Of a stretch of DNA of 64,000 nt, positions 51,901 to 61,108 are shown one piece after another. The position numbers were made by a program, and so were the translations under genes. The DNA is from Chiloscyllium plagiosum (Eukaryota): contig NC_057719.1 in assembly GCF_004010195.1 (NCBI RefSeq), positions 43,649,685 through 43,713,684 of the forward strand. Reading direction: 5' to 3'. Numbering within the stretch: the stretch's first letter is position 1; each line of letters begins with the position of its first letter. The notes beneath the pieces are model-generated. The model was not told the origin of the DNA. It saw only the letters and a list, made by a program, of their open reading frames with translations, and made no database searches.

Positions 51901-54900
51901 TATTAAAGAACCTAAACCACCATATCCCATTCTAAAAGATAAAAGACTTAATATAAATTTGTTTAAGAACTATAACCTGGTGTTGTGTGATTTTTAAACT
52001 AAAGTTGTTTAACATATCATTACAACTCCATGACACTGTAACCCTTTTGCTATAAATTCTGTGTCATATGGTCATGCTCCGCACCACCTGATGAAGAGTC
52101 AGCACCTCGAAAGATAGCGCTTCCAAATAAACCTGGTGGACTATAATCTGGTATTGAGGCTTTTAACTTTGTCCACTTCAGCCCAACACCAGCACTTCTA
52201 AATCATGCTGCAAACCAAGAGTCTCCAAAATATGTCTAACATGGGAGGGGAATCCCAGAAGTATGGAGGTTAAAAGCTCCTGTTTTAAGCGATGAACAAA
52301 ATTTTAAAAAGTCAAATTGTAAGTATTGGACAAAGCAACTAGTCCAAATGAGTAAAAATAACATTTCGATTCAATCTTGAAGCTCCTCGCCATTCTGAAA
52401 TGATCATTAATTATTATGGACTAAAAGATAAAGTGTAGGCCAAAGCCCTGGAAATCATTTATTAATCAATTGGATATTGCAATGGAGCAATTGTAGCAGA
52501 ATGTTGACCATTTAGAACTAGGATGGGCCAAACCAGCCACCTCCTTCATTTGTACTCCTCTTTGGTGAGTTAAATCTGAATTCACTTCAATTGACTCCTC
52601 AGTATCGATTTTCAAACATAAGCTTCCATAGAAGCTGTATATACTCACCATTTTATTTTGTCTTTTAACTTGGGTGGTTGAAATCCACTTTTGCTCATTA
52701 AGAATAACGCCCTAGAGGTAGAAACATGAATCAAAATGTATTTAAAAAAAAACAATTTGCAAAGTTTATAATTCAATATTCCAAAAACTTGTATTTGTTA
52801 CATAGAAGGTAAGATAAACAGGCCATTAAACCATCTGTGATATGCCAGCATTTATAAGCAACTTAACTGCCATTTCAATTACCTCTTTCCAATATGATCT
52901 TGCATGCCTCTATTCCTTTAGCTCTCATGAACACATTTAGCCTTTTTTCCTCAAGTGCAATAATTCTACTTGCTTGTGTGTGCAACAAATTTCAAATTCG
53001 CACTGTGTACAAAGATATTCTAAATTCCATGTTTGTTCAGCTTGTAGCTATTCATACCTCTTTTACTGTCATGTTCCATAAGTGGAAACAGTTTCTCAAG
53101 ATGCACTCAACTTATTCTCAACCACCCCACAGACCACTTCAGTCTATTTCTCAGACAAAACATTGCCAACCTATTCAATCTTTCCAGGTAGTTGTGTCCT
53201 CCAAGTTCTGGTAAAACCCTTATAATTTTACTCCCAACATTTTCTCCAGTAGTATATAATATCCTCTTGTGATGTGGAGACCACATCAGCATATAGTGCT
53301 CATGTTGTGGTTTAGACAATAGGGTCTCAGTTTAACATTTTAAATGAAAGATAGCACCTCTAAAACACAGCCCAGTACTCTGGTCAATCACTGTAACATT
53401 TTCAACTTTGAACCATTTACATTTCAGATCTATTTGCTTATTTTCATGAATTTGCTTTATATCTTTCAGAGGCTAAGCGGCATCAAACAGCCATCTTATG
53501 CTTTGCTATATTGAATGTTACTTGTTATTTACTTCAGCATACATTTGGTTAGTAAGACCTGCAACTTTGGCATTATCTAAAACTTGGACCAGTTGTTGCA
53601 TGTAAATCATGCGTATAATGAGCAATAATGGTCTGGTAGCAGGAGCCGCTGGTGGACACCATTTCCAACTTGCCAACATAAAAAACATTCTCTCAACTCT
53701 TAAACGGTATGCTTTTCTTTCTTGACCTATCTCTTAATCCATTGTGTTATCTGGCCCTGGACATCAGCTGCAAAATCAAACTATTATCAAGCCTTTCACT
53801 CTTGATTCTCATCCAAGAATTAAAAGAAATGCATATGAGTTTGGATACAACCATCCTACTGGGGATGCAACCAATGTAATTTAATACACTATTAACTGTA
53901 CAAATTTTGACAATGAAAGATTGACAATTTTAAAAAAAACACTTGAGCTAGGCTAGTTGAAAGCAGCCAGTGGATCTAAATTTTCAGCTTTCAGCCATGG
54001 TTTCCTTTGCTCAACATCTTCAAAGCAGTTGGTAAAGCTCTAGGAGAGTAAAATTTAAAAAAAACTTTGTTTATAAAAGAAGCTTGGGACAGCCAAAGTA
54101 CTCTCATGAAATGCTGTTGAGGTGTAGAGAAGCTTAGTTGCCAATTTGCAACCTTGAACCCATTAACCAAGTAATGAGATAACTAACCAGATAATGCTAT
54201 TATCTGATATTGATCAAGCTAAAAAGAATTCCCTCACTCTCTCAATATAATCATTTCATAGGTCATAAAAAAAACAAAAAACAAGCCAATTTTTCCAACC
54301 AATCCATGTGAGCATTTACATCATGGAATCTCTTATGCTCATTTGAGATGACAACAGGGTCTCAGTTTAACATTTTAATGAAAAACAGCACCTCCAAAGT
54401 GCAGTACGCCCTCATTTGTTTGTGACTATATACAGCAAAACTCTGACAACATCCAGGTTGACTTGATAAATGGCATCTGATATTTGCATCACATAAAATA
54501 CCAGGCAACGACTAGTTCCAACATGAGAGAATCTAATTATTGTTCCTTGACATTACCATCAAGGAATCCCTCACTATCAACATCCTTGGGGCTACCAGTG
54601 ACCAGAAAATGAACTGGACCAATCATATACTGTGCCTACATGACCAAACTAGATGCTGGGAATTTTGCAACTAGTAATTTATCTCCAAAACACAAGGCAG
54701 GAGTATGTTTGAATATTCTCCAACGTCAAGCAGCTCAGCACTATCTTGGACAAAGCAGCCAACTTGATTAGTACCCCATCTAACACCCTCAACATTTACT
54801 TCCTCCACTGTCTATGCACCAAAGCAACAATGTGTACCATCAATAAGATGCAGTGCATAAATTCACCAAGGGATCTTTGGTAGGACCAACAAAATCTGTG

Positions 54901-57900
54901 ACTTCAATTACCTTAACGGACAAAGGCAGCAGCTGCATGAGAACACCATCACATGCACTTTCCCTGCAAACCACTCACCACCCTAATTTTGAACTATAAT
55001 CACTATTCCTTCACTGTCACTGGGTCAAAACCCTGAAACATCCTTCCTAACAGCACTACAAGTGTAGTGACCCTCATGGTTTTCACTGACTCAAGGCAAT
55101 AGCTTGAGGGCAACTAGGGATGGAAAATAAACGGACCAGCCAGCAATGCCAGAATCGATCGATCGAATGAACGAAAAAAAAAAGGACAGCACTAATCTAG
55201 ACTATTAGCAATTAGTCTTTGGGATAAGTGTATGAACACATGACTCACTAGCCCAGAGGAAAGTTGCTACCACTAGATTAAGGCATATATCTGCACTTTG
55301 GATAAAGAAATTAATTGAATAAACAACAAGCAAGTCAAACAACAACAGATTATCTCCCCATAGTACACAAAGTTAGCATTTTCATATGCTGCACAATAAT
55401 CACTAAGTTTGAAAATGATAGAAATTGAGATAGTAACTTACTGAGATATTGATTAGTTTAACACTTTGGAAGTCAGTACCACAACTATTACAATTTAAAC
55501 ACCATACTCAGCAGCCACATTACGCAAGGATCAATAGCTTGTTTTAATCACGGATTTAGCTGCAATTCAACTTTGCTGATCACTAAGCAACTTCGAAGAA
55601 AGGAATCCTATTCACTAGACATGAGTCAGGCAGGAGCATAAGTGCTGCCCTGCAGGTGTGCTGTATTTTGCAGACGTGTCAAATTCAAAGGATTATTAAA
55701 CTGATGCTCTGCCATCTCTCTCTGCCATATGTAAAAGACCCCAGAGAATATTTGAAGAGCATTAGAGGAATTTGCCTGGTGTCATGATCAAAATTTATCC
55801 TTTGGCCAAAAACTAAGATTTACAAAAATCAAATGCTGAAAACACTCAGCAGGTCTAGCAAAATCTGTGGAGAAGGAAGTAACAGTTCATAGAACATAGA
55901 ACATTACAGTGCAGTACAGGCCCTTCGGCCCTCGATGTTGCGCTGACCTGTCATACCAATCTGAAGCCCATCTAACCTACACTATTCCATGTACGTCCAT
56001 ATGCTTGTCTAATTACGACTTAAATGTACTTAAAGTTGGCAAATCTACTACTGTTGCAGGCAAAGCATTCCATACCCTTACTACTCTGAGGAAAGAAACT
56101 ACCTCTGACATTTGTCCTATATCTATCACCCCTCAATTTAAAGCATTGTCCCTTCGTGCTCGACGTCACCATACTTGGAAAAAGGCTCTCCCTGTCCACC
56201 CTATCTAACCCTCTGATTATCTTATATGTCTTTATTAAGTCACCTCTCAACCTTCTTCTCTCTAACGAAAACAGCCTCAAGTCCCTCAGCCTTTCCTCGT
56301 AAGACCTTCCCTCCATACCAGGCAACATCCTAATGAATGTCCTCTGCACCCTTTCCAAAGCATCCACATCCTTCTTATAATGCAGTGACCAGAACTGTAC
56401 ACAATACTCCAAGTGCGGCCGCACCAAAGTTTTGTACAGCTGTAGCATAACCTCATGGTTCCAGAACTCGATCCCTCTATTAATAAAAGCTAAAACACTG
56501 TATGCCTTCTTAACAACCCTGTCAACCTGGGTGGCAACTTTCAAGGATCTGTGTACCTGAACACGGAGATCTCTCCGCTCATCTACACTACACCGTGGGC
56601 GGCACGGTGGCACAGTGGTTAGCACTGCTGCCTCACAGCGCCAGAGACCCGGGTTCAATTCCCCGACTGACTGTGTGAAGTTTGCACGTTCTCCCCGTGT
56701 CTGCGTGGGTTTCCTCCCGGTGCTCCGGTTTCCTCCCACAGTCCAAAGATGTGCAGGTCAGGTGAAATGGCCATGCTAAATTGCCCGTAGCGTTAGGTAA
56801 GGGGTAAGTGTAGGGGTATGGGTGGGTTACGCTTCGGCGGGTCGGTGTGGACTTGTTGGGCCGAAGGGCCTGTTTCCACACTGTAATGTAATGTAATCTA
56901 ATCTAATCTAAAACAGAGTGAAAGGCAGGACTGATTACATCACATTTAGCATAAAATATCTCAAGACATTTCACAGGAACATTACCACACAAAGTAATAC
57001 AATGAGCCACAGAAGTAGATATTTGGACAGATGACCAAAAGCTTGATTGGAGATAAGTTTCAAAGAGTTGTATTAAAAGGAAGAAAATGGGGGAGGAAGG
57101 TAAAGTGACACAGGGAGGGGAATTCCTGATCTCTGGGTCTTGACACATGTATGATTACAGTCAAGCAATTAAAATGAAGATGAACAATCAAAAAGGTCCT
57201 CAAATATCTTACAAAGTTTTGTGGATTAAACTACATACTGAAGCAGTTAGTCTGTCTTCCAAATACTGTTTATTTATATCTTAGTTCAGTGGAGACACTA
57301 GTTCGCTCTTTTTCCTTTCTGTAGGCAACCTCCACTTACTCAAGAGGAATCAGACTGAAATGCAAGCTGTATAGACAATCAGCTCCTCCATGGTCTTTTG
57401 AGCATAACTTTAAAAGTACTTATTTTACAACGCTGTCACTGAAGATTAAAAAGGAGGATTAATGCCATAAAAGAATCAGAAAATAAGGATGAGAATTTTA
57501 CATTCAAGGCATTTCTAAATGAGGAGCCATTATAAGTGAGTAAAAACATTGTGGGGGTGGGGATGAAGGGAGGAGGGGTAAGGGAAATAGTAGTTACCTG
57601 CAAACAAGGACAATAGAGTTTTGGCTGAGTGTTTACAGAGAGAATTTGGGGTGTATTGGAATATTAGTGTCAGACAAATAAATGACAAATGGATTGATGA
57701 TGCAAAGCAAAGTGTATGGTAAGCAAAAAATTGATTTGATGTCATTTGATTTATTATTGTCGCATGCAATGAGATACAGTATTGTTGGTTCTTGGAAGCT
57801 GATGACGACAATAGCTGAATGATTATGCAATCTGTTCCCTACAGCAGTAGTCAACATCTGAAAATATTGAACTCAGTAATGTTGCTGTGAAGTCTAGTCC

Positions 57901-60116
57901 AAAGATAAGGCACTGCTCCTGAAATCTCTACTGAGCTTCACTGGAACAGAGGGTGAAGCAGAGAGTAGGGCAGTCAACTGGAAAAGCAATCAAAAGTGGG
58001 CTACATAAAGGTGCTCAGTGAACACAATGAGCTTGGTCTTTCCAACATAAAAAGAGACTACGATGAATCTAGAATGCCAAATCCAACAAACAGTAATCTC
58101 AACGTGGTCAATATCCTAATCAATAAAAAGAATGGCAAAGGGCTCTTACTATTACAGCACTTTGAAAAAAAAGTACTGTGAGAAGGAGATTAGGATATGG
58201 AGTCATAGAGATGCACAGCACGGAAACAGACCCTTCGGTCCAATTCGTTCATGCTGTCCAGATATCCTAACCTAATCTAGTCCCATTTGTCAACACTTGG
58301 TCAGTAACCCTCTAAAACCGTTCTTATTCATTTACCCATCCAAATGCCCTTTACATGTTGTAATTATAGAAGCCTACACCACTTCCTCTAGCAGCTCATT
58401 CCATACACGCACCTCGGAGTGAAAAAGTTGCCCCTCAGGTCCCTTTTAAATTTTTCCTTTCTCACCCTCACCCTATGTCCTCTAGTTCTGGACTCTTCCG
58501 CCCCAGGGAAAAGACCTTGTCTATTTACCCTATCCATGTCCCTCATGATTTTCTAAACATCCATAAGGTCACCTCTCAGTCTCCAATGCTCCAGGGAAAA
58601 CAGACCCAGCCTATTCAGCCTCTCCCTACAGCTCAAATCCTCCAACCCTGGCAACCACATTGTAAACCTTTTCTGAACCCTTCCAAGTTTCACAACATCC
58701 TTCCATTAGGAGGGAGACCAGAATTGCACACAATATTCCAAAAGTAGCCTAACCAATGTCCTATACAGCCACAATATTACCTGGCAACTCTTATACTCAA
58801 TGCTCTGACCAATACCAGATGCCTTCTTCACTATCCTGTCTCCCTGTGACTCCACTTTCAAGGAACCATGAATCTGCATCCCAAGGTCTCTTTGTTCAGC
58901 AACACTCCCCAAGACCTTACCATTAAGTCCTGCTCTAATTTACCTTTCCAAAATGCAGCACCTCACATTTATCTAAAGTAAACTCCATCTGCCACTCATC
59001 GCCCTATCTGATCAAAATTCCATTGTACTCGGAGTTCAGTTTCTTCACTGTCACTACACCTCCAATTTTAGTGCCATCTGCAAACCTACAAACTATACCT
59101 CCTATGTTCACAACCAAATCATTTATATAAATGACGAAAAGTAGTGGATCTAGCGCTGAGCCTTGTGACACTCCACTGGTAACAGGCCTCCAGTTTGAAA
59201 GGCAACCCTCCACCACCACCCTCTGTCTTCTACCTTTGAGCCAGTTCTGTATCCAAATGGCTAGTTCTCCCTGTATTCCATGAAATCTAACCTTACTAAT
59301 CAATCTACAATGGGGAACCTTGCCTAATGTCTTACTGAATTCCATATAGATCACATCTACCGCTCTGCCCTCATCAATCCTCTTTGTTACTTCTTCAAAA
59401 AATTCAATCAAGTTCGAGAGACATGATTTCACATGCACAAAGCCATGCTGACTATCCCTAATCAGTCCTTGCCTTGCCAAATACATGTAAATCCTGTCCC
59501 TCAGGATTCCTTCCAACAACTTGCCCATCACAAAGGTCAGGCTCACTGGTCTATAGTTCCCTGGCTTTTTCTTACCACTTTTCTTAAATAGTAGCACCTT
59601 GCTCTGATCACTATTCTTCAGTTCCAAGATGTCTGAAGGAATGGTGGTAGCATCTTGCTGTTGATGGCAGAAATAGCAGAGAATAATCTTTTAAATATGG
59701 AAGCTAATGATATAGAAGTTAAGAACAACTGAACCAAATAATGGTCTCAAGAGAGGTGCAATGCGCGGCAGAGCGGAGTGATACTGCCACGCTTTTGCGC
59801 AAAAGAACCTAAATACTTATCCTGGCTTTGTGCATGTATTATAGAAATAAAAAAAATCCCCTTCAGAATAGTTTTGTTATGTTTGTTCAAAGGCCAGAGT
59901 TAAAATCTGAAAAGTTAAAGAGAACATGAAGAGCTCAACAGACATGTCATTTACACAGAATTACCAATGTGAAAACCAGAATACCTCATAGGGTGCAAAT
60001 CAAACATTGGAGGTTGCAATTCTGCCAATTCAATTGCTGTAATTCCAACAGCCCAGATGTCACAAAGTTGGTTATATCCACCATTCTTCTCCACTGCAGC
60101 AACTTCTGGTGCCATC
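868..60116 (-). CDS. MAP4K5: MAP4K5 (mitogen-activated protein kinase kinase kinase kinase 5), partial multi-exon gene: kinase C-lobe, Pro-rich linker, N-terminal part of CNH domain
   Basis: 18 GT-AG exons splice in one frame with compatible phases. Translation includes [58 protein letters not shown] and [35 protein letters not shown], matching recalled MAP4K5 better than MAP4K3. Confidence 0.95.
1475..1533 (-). CDS. MAP4K5: MAP4K5 exon (59 nt, phase 2-1): [19 protein letters not shown]
   Basis: Acceptor tttccag, donor gtgtgt. Confidence 0.95.
2055..2169 (-). CDS. MAP4K5: MAP4K5 exon (115 nt, phase 1-2): [39 protein letters not shown]
   Basis: Acceptor tttgcag, donor gtaagc. Confidence 0.96.
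5955..6200 (-). mobile_element. Old non-LTR (CR1/L2-like) 3' fragment
   Basis: Similar to the complement of 54900-55150 and to 20690-20960; boundaries approximate. Confidence 0.5.
6790..6992 (+). mobile_element. CR1/HER1-type LINE 3' end
   Basis: cagagggtggtgtgtatatggaatgag ... ccgaagggtctgtttc ... (tctatgac) tail. Confidence 0.8.
8314..8316 (-). CDS. MAP4K5: Candidate 3-nt microexon (AAG, phase 1-1) inserting Glu: LMSLS-E-GKTF
   Basis: Minus strand reads ...gtcactgcgagcag|AAG|gtaagc, with an upstream pyrimidine tract and a TGC near the acceptor. Confidence 0.75.
8590..8955 (+). mobile_element. CR1/HER1-type LINE 3' end
   Basis: Degenerate RGDL..YKIMRG.DR...TRG ORF2 end plus tctatgactctatgac tail. 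Confidence 0.8.
10804..10864 (-). CDS. MAP4K5: MAP4K5 exon (61 nt, phase 0-1): [20 protein letters not shown]
   Basis: Acceptor ttcccag, donor gtatgt. Confidence 0.96.
11059..11138 (-). CDS. MAP4K5: MAP4K5 exon (80 nt, phase 1-0): [27 protein letters not shown]
   Basis: Acceptor aattag, donor gtaagc. Confidence 0.96.
11251..11335 (-). CDS. MAP4K5: MAP4K5 exon (85 nt, phase 0-1): [28 protein letters not shown] (start of CNH domain)
   Basis: Acceptor cctatag, donor gtaatg. Confidence 0.96.
11670..12270 (-). mobile_element. RTE-clade LINE 3' fragment
   Basis: Degenerate QL.WA.H...LPKQI.FAQL...TLKAYLK.C.VD...WETL..WR C-terminal ORF; ORF 11786..11983. Confidence 0.6.
13192..13281. mobile_element. 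Penelope-terminus mini-insertion with internal inverted repeat and 15-bp TSD
   Basis: Direct repeat CTATTGTTACATACA at 13177-13191 and 13282-13296; inverted repeat agctgaaaatgtgttgctg / cagcaacacattttcagct. Confidence 0.75.
13469..13510 (-). CDS. MAP4K5: MAP4K5 exon (42 nt, phase 0-0): [14 protein letters not shown]
   Basis: Acceptor tttttag, donor gtaagt; conserved NGLPPTPKV. Confidence 0.95.
14886..15040. mobile_element. Penelope-terminus hairpin mini-insertion with 8-bp TSD
   Basis: Arms 14920-14968 and 14994-15044; CTTTTCCA at 14878-14885 and 15041-15048; same terminus as the element at 50310-52202. Confidence 0.75.
15178..15266 (-). CDS. MAP4K5: MAP4K5 exon (89 nt, phase 1-0): [29 protein letters not shown]
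   Basis: Acceptor ttttcag, donor gtatgt. Confidence 0.92.
16115..17550 (+). mobile_element. Penelope-like element, degenerate RT + GIY-YIG + 3' terminal repeat
   Basis: ORF 16196: KGVAMDT...[10 protein letters not shown]...FLWYTDDI (PLE RT motifs); downstream LVY.I..LYTGKT; 3' ctga..agggtcactagacc..aac..gttaac terminus. Confidence 0.8.
18687..18891 (-). CDS. MAP4K5: MAP4K5 exon (205 nt, phase 0-1): [68 protein letters not shown]
   Basis: Acceptor gtttcag, donor gtaatg; 68 open codons; PDEE..T.K and RRQS motifs as in MAP4K5. Confidence 0.9.
20398..20440 (-). CDS. MAP4K5: MAP4K5 exon (43 nt, phase 2-0): [14 protein letters not shown] (SH3-binding Pro-rich motif)
   Basis: Acceptor ttctataag, donor gtgagt. 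Confidence 0.93.
20971..21165. mobile_element. Penelope-terminus hairpin remnant
   Basis: Inverted arms 21009-21057 and 21102-21155; minus-strand CTGATGAAAGGATTTTGCCCAAAACGTC is a decayed hammerhead-like core. Confidence 0.7.
21551..21592 (-). CDS. MAP4K5: MAP4K5 linker exon (42 nt, phase 2-2): [14 protein letters not shown]
   Basis: Acceptor tttttag, donor gtaagt; resembles MAP4K3 GHVAHLEDDE; symmetric, so skippable. Confidence 0.85.
21646..21687. repeat. Perfect 21-bp tandem duplication CTTTATATTGATGGAAGCATG x2
   Basis: Directly visible. Confidence 0.9.
22195..22512. mobile_element. Penelope-terminus long hairpin insertion with 11-bp TSD
   Basis: About 135-bp inverted arms spanning 22197-22472; ATTTGAGATCA at 22184-22194 and 22513-22523; same family as 37225-37612. 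Confidence 0.8.
22955..22992 (-). CDS. MAP4K5: Candidate linker exon (38 nt as assembled; 39 nt needed for frame): SLLKCVEE...
   Basis: Acceptor ccctctttttgttatgattccaaag, donor gtaact; resembles MAP4K3 SLLKSVEEELHQR with one base missing. Confidence 0.65.
23980..24950 (+). mobile_element. Old degenerate CR1/L2-like LINE RT fragment
   Basis: Remnant motifs [35 protein letters not shown].; boundaries approximate. Confidence 0.55.
27100..27411 (+). mobile_element. HE1/V-SINE family tRNA-derived SINE
   Basis: A box tggcacagtgg, B box ggttcaattcc, V-domain gtttgcacgttctccccgtgtctgcgtgggtttcctcc, LINE-like tail gggccgaagggcctgtttcc. Confidence 0.9.
27813..28480 (-). mobile_element. Gypsy/Ty3 LTR retrotransposon protease-region fragment
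   Basis: ORFs 28310..28501 ([10 protein letters not shown], aspartic protease DTG) and 28056..28271 (IPL..I.LES....GEV.V.V...[12 protein letters not shown]). Confidence 0.7.
30802..30893 (-). CDS. MAP4K5: Candidate alternative linker exon B (92 nt, phase 0-2): [30 protein letters not shown]
   Basis: Acceptor ttttttgtttctgtaatcag, donor gtaaga; open in phase 0; DLQLQY resembles MAP4K3 DLQLEY. Confidence 0.65.
31258..31319 (-). CDS. MAP4K5: MAP4K5 linker exon A (62 nt, phase 0-2): [20 protein letters not shown]
   Basis: Acceptor tgcacag, donor gtaagt; W-x-x-F-x-D-G resembles the recalled mammalian MAP4K5 WNPFVDGANT. Confidence 0.88.
32371..33465. mobile_element. Solo-LTR-like element (TG...CA) containing a SINE
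   Basis: Termini TGCTAC...ATAACA; flanks CAGG / CAGA (4-bp TSD with one mismatch); splits a CR1 tail. Confidence 0.6.
32641..32980 (+). mobile_element. HE1/V-SINE, older diverged copy
   Basis: Same head, V-domain and tail as 27100-27411 but with many substitutions. Confidence 0.85.
33560..34760 (-). mobile_element. Old CR1 LINE RT fragment
   Basis: Complement of CR1 RT landmarks (tcatccaagtcatt, aaagtcatgctggctc, caggacctggggat); heavily decayed. Confidence 0.6.
35423..35860 (-). mobile_element. Young CR1/HER1 LINE 3' fragment with internal deletion
   Basis: ORF 35496..35906; (TTCTATG)n tail; near-identical to 60470-61108. Confidence 0.9.
37091..37149 (-). CDS. MAP4K5: MAP4K5 exon (59 nt, phase 1-0): [20 protein letters not shown]
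   Basis: Acceptor tttgcag, donor gtaagt; conserved [10 protein letters not shown] motif. Confidence 0.95.
37225..37612 (+). mobile_element. Penelope-like element 3' fragment
   Basis: Degenerate ..EAWHS..NSIN.HIDLD.IY end and a terminus matching the arms of 22195-22512. Confidence 0.7.
38590..39483 (+). mobile_element. Young CR1/HER1 LINE RT + 3' end with internal deletion
   Basis: ORF 38592..39410 [11 protein letters not shown]...GVPQ.SVLGP...KFADDTK; (TTCTATG)n tail. Confidence 0.92.
40575..41985 (+). mobile_element. CR1 LINE RT-3' fragment
   Basis: NYRPV.LT; ORFs 40732 and 40992 ([20 protein letters not shown]); 3' cagccatgatc...ggcctactcctgctcct. Confidence 0.88.
42036..42114 (-). CDS. 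MAP4K5: MAP4K5 exon (79 nt, phase 0-1): [26 protein letters not shown]
   Basis: Acceptor tttgcag, donor gtgagt. Confidence 0.93.
42677..42790 (-). CDS. MAP4K5: MAP4K5 exon (114 nt, phase 0-0): [38 protein letters not shown]
   Basis: Acceptor tctttag, donor gtatga; open frame. Confidence 0.94.
43151..43476 (-). mobile_element. HE1/V-SINE, young copy
   Basis: Reverse complement nearly identical to 27100-27411; (GTAAT/CTAAT)n tail. Confidence 0.9.
43864..44790 (-). mobile_element. Penelope-like 3' region containing an expanded GA microsatellite
   Basis: Terminus atcacacaacaccgg...caacaggtttatttg shared with 50310-52202. Confidence 0.7.
44413..44720. repeat. Polypurine (GA)n tract with a 19-nt higher-order unit AGAGAGAGAGAAAAGAGCG (about 6 copies)
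   Basis: Directly visible; source of the spurious RE/SL-rich ORFs. Confidence 0.9.
45210..46796 (-). mobile_element. Rex1/Babar-clade LINE, RT and 3' region, frameshifted
   Basis: ORFs 46402, 46200, 46004, 45607: [74 protein letters not shown]. Confidence 0.85.
48848..48980 (+). mobile_element. Penelope 3' terminal fragment
   Basis: Matches the terminus of 16115-17550 (atgctgccagacctgctgag). Confidence 0.6.
49320..49401 (-). CDS. MAP4K5: MAP4K5 exon (82 nt, phase 2-0): [27 protein letters not shown]
   Basis: Acceptor tttttag, donor gtaagt; kinase subdomain XI. Confidence 0.95.
50310..52202 (+). mobile_element. Penelope-like element: GIY-YIG fragment flanked by long inverted terminal repeats, 8-bp TSD
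   Basis: ORF 51291 after YIGKT; arm 50312-~51050 is the reverse complement of ~51540-52170; TCATGCTG at 50302-50309 and 52203-52210. Confidence 0.85.
52649..52711 (-). CDS. MAP4K5: MAP4K5 exon (63 nt, phase 2-2): [21 protein letters not shown]
   Basis: Acceptor cctctag, donor gtgagt; in frame with neighbours. Confidence 0.95.
54440..55150 (+). mobile_element. Old CR1/L2-like LINE 3' fragment, inserted in a Deu-SINE-like remnant
   Basis: Degenerate ORF2 end; flanks gtttaacat..gaaaaacagcacctc (54363) and 55185-55290 look like a split SINE. Confidence 0.5.
55888..56590 (-). mobile_element. CR1/HER1 LINE 3' fragment
   Basis: ORF 56020: [18 protein letters not shown]...[17 protein letters not shown] tail. 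Confidence 0.9.
56598..56911 (+). mobile_element. HE1/V-SINE, young copy
   Basis: A/B boxes, V-domain, (GTAAT/CTAAT)n tail. Confidence 0.9.
58200..59595 (-). mobile_element. CR1 LINE RT-3' fragment
   Basis: ORF 59004..59627 [10 protein letters not shown]...SQHGF...FADGTK; ORF 58706; ctatgact tail. Confidence 0.9.
59985..60116 (-). CDS. MAP4K5: MAP4K5 exon (132 nt, phase 2-2): [45 protein letters not shown]
   Basis: Acceptor tttgtag, donor gtattc; APE motif and subdomain IX. Confidence 0.96.
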
Positions 60117-60469
60117 CTACAAATGACAAAGATAGCCCTCAGATGCAGAAAAAGATTTCAGCAATGTTAAAAATATTCTGTTTGAGAGCCAGTTACCACA
60201 TCATTTTTCTATCGTATATATATTTCTAGAAATATGCATAGTAGGATAGTAAATGAAAACTCGAATCATAACCAGTGAATTGTGGGTCACAAAATGTATT
60301 ACATAGGCATTCAAAAATGCAACACTAAAAATAATTGATACATTTTTGATCAGCTTACAAATGCAATTTGAACCTTGATAATGATTCCTAGTCCATCCAA
60401 CTTGTACTAAAGCTTTTTTCTTCCAAAGTTTGAAGCATTCAATAACTACAATATTGATAGCCTCATTTG

Positions 60470-61108
60470 CATAGAACATAGAACATTACAGCACAGAACA
60501 GGCCCTTCAGCCCACGATGTTGTGCCGAACATTTGTCCTAGTTTAAGCACCCATCCATGTACCTATCCAATTGCCGCTTAAAGGTCGCCAATGATTCTGA
60601 CTCTACCACTCCCACAGGCAGCGCATTCCATGCCCCCACCACTCTCTGGGTAAAGAACCCACCCCTGACATCTCCCCTATACCTTCCACCCTTCACCTTA
60701 AATTTATGTCCCCTTGTAACACTCTGTTGTACCCGGGGAAAAAGTTTCTGACTGTCTACTCTATCTATTCCTCTGATCATCTTATAAACCTCTATCAAGT
60801 CACCCCTCATCCTTCGCCGTTCCAACGAGAAAAGGCCTAGCACTCTCAACCTATCCTCGTACGACCTATTCTCCATTCCAGGCAACATCCTGGTAAATCT
60901 TCTCTGCACCCTCTCCAAAGCTTCCACCTCTTTCCTAAAGTGAGGTGACCAGAACTGCACACAGTACTCCAAATGTGGCCTAACCAAAGTCCTGTACAGT
61001 TGCAACATCACTTCACGACTCTTGAATTCAATCCCTCTGCTAATGAACGCTAATACACCATAGGCCTTCTTACAAGCTCTATCCACCTGAGTGACAACTT
61101 TCAAAGAT
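60470..61108 (-). mobile_element. Young CR1/HER1 LINE 3' fragment
   Basis: Uninterrupted ORF 60538..61104; TTCTATG tail. Confidence 0.92.
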
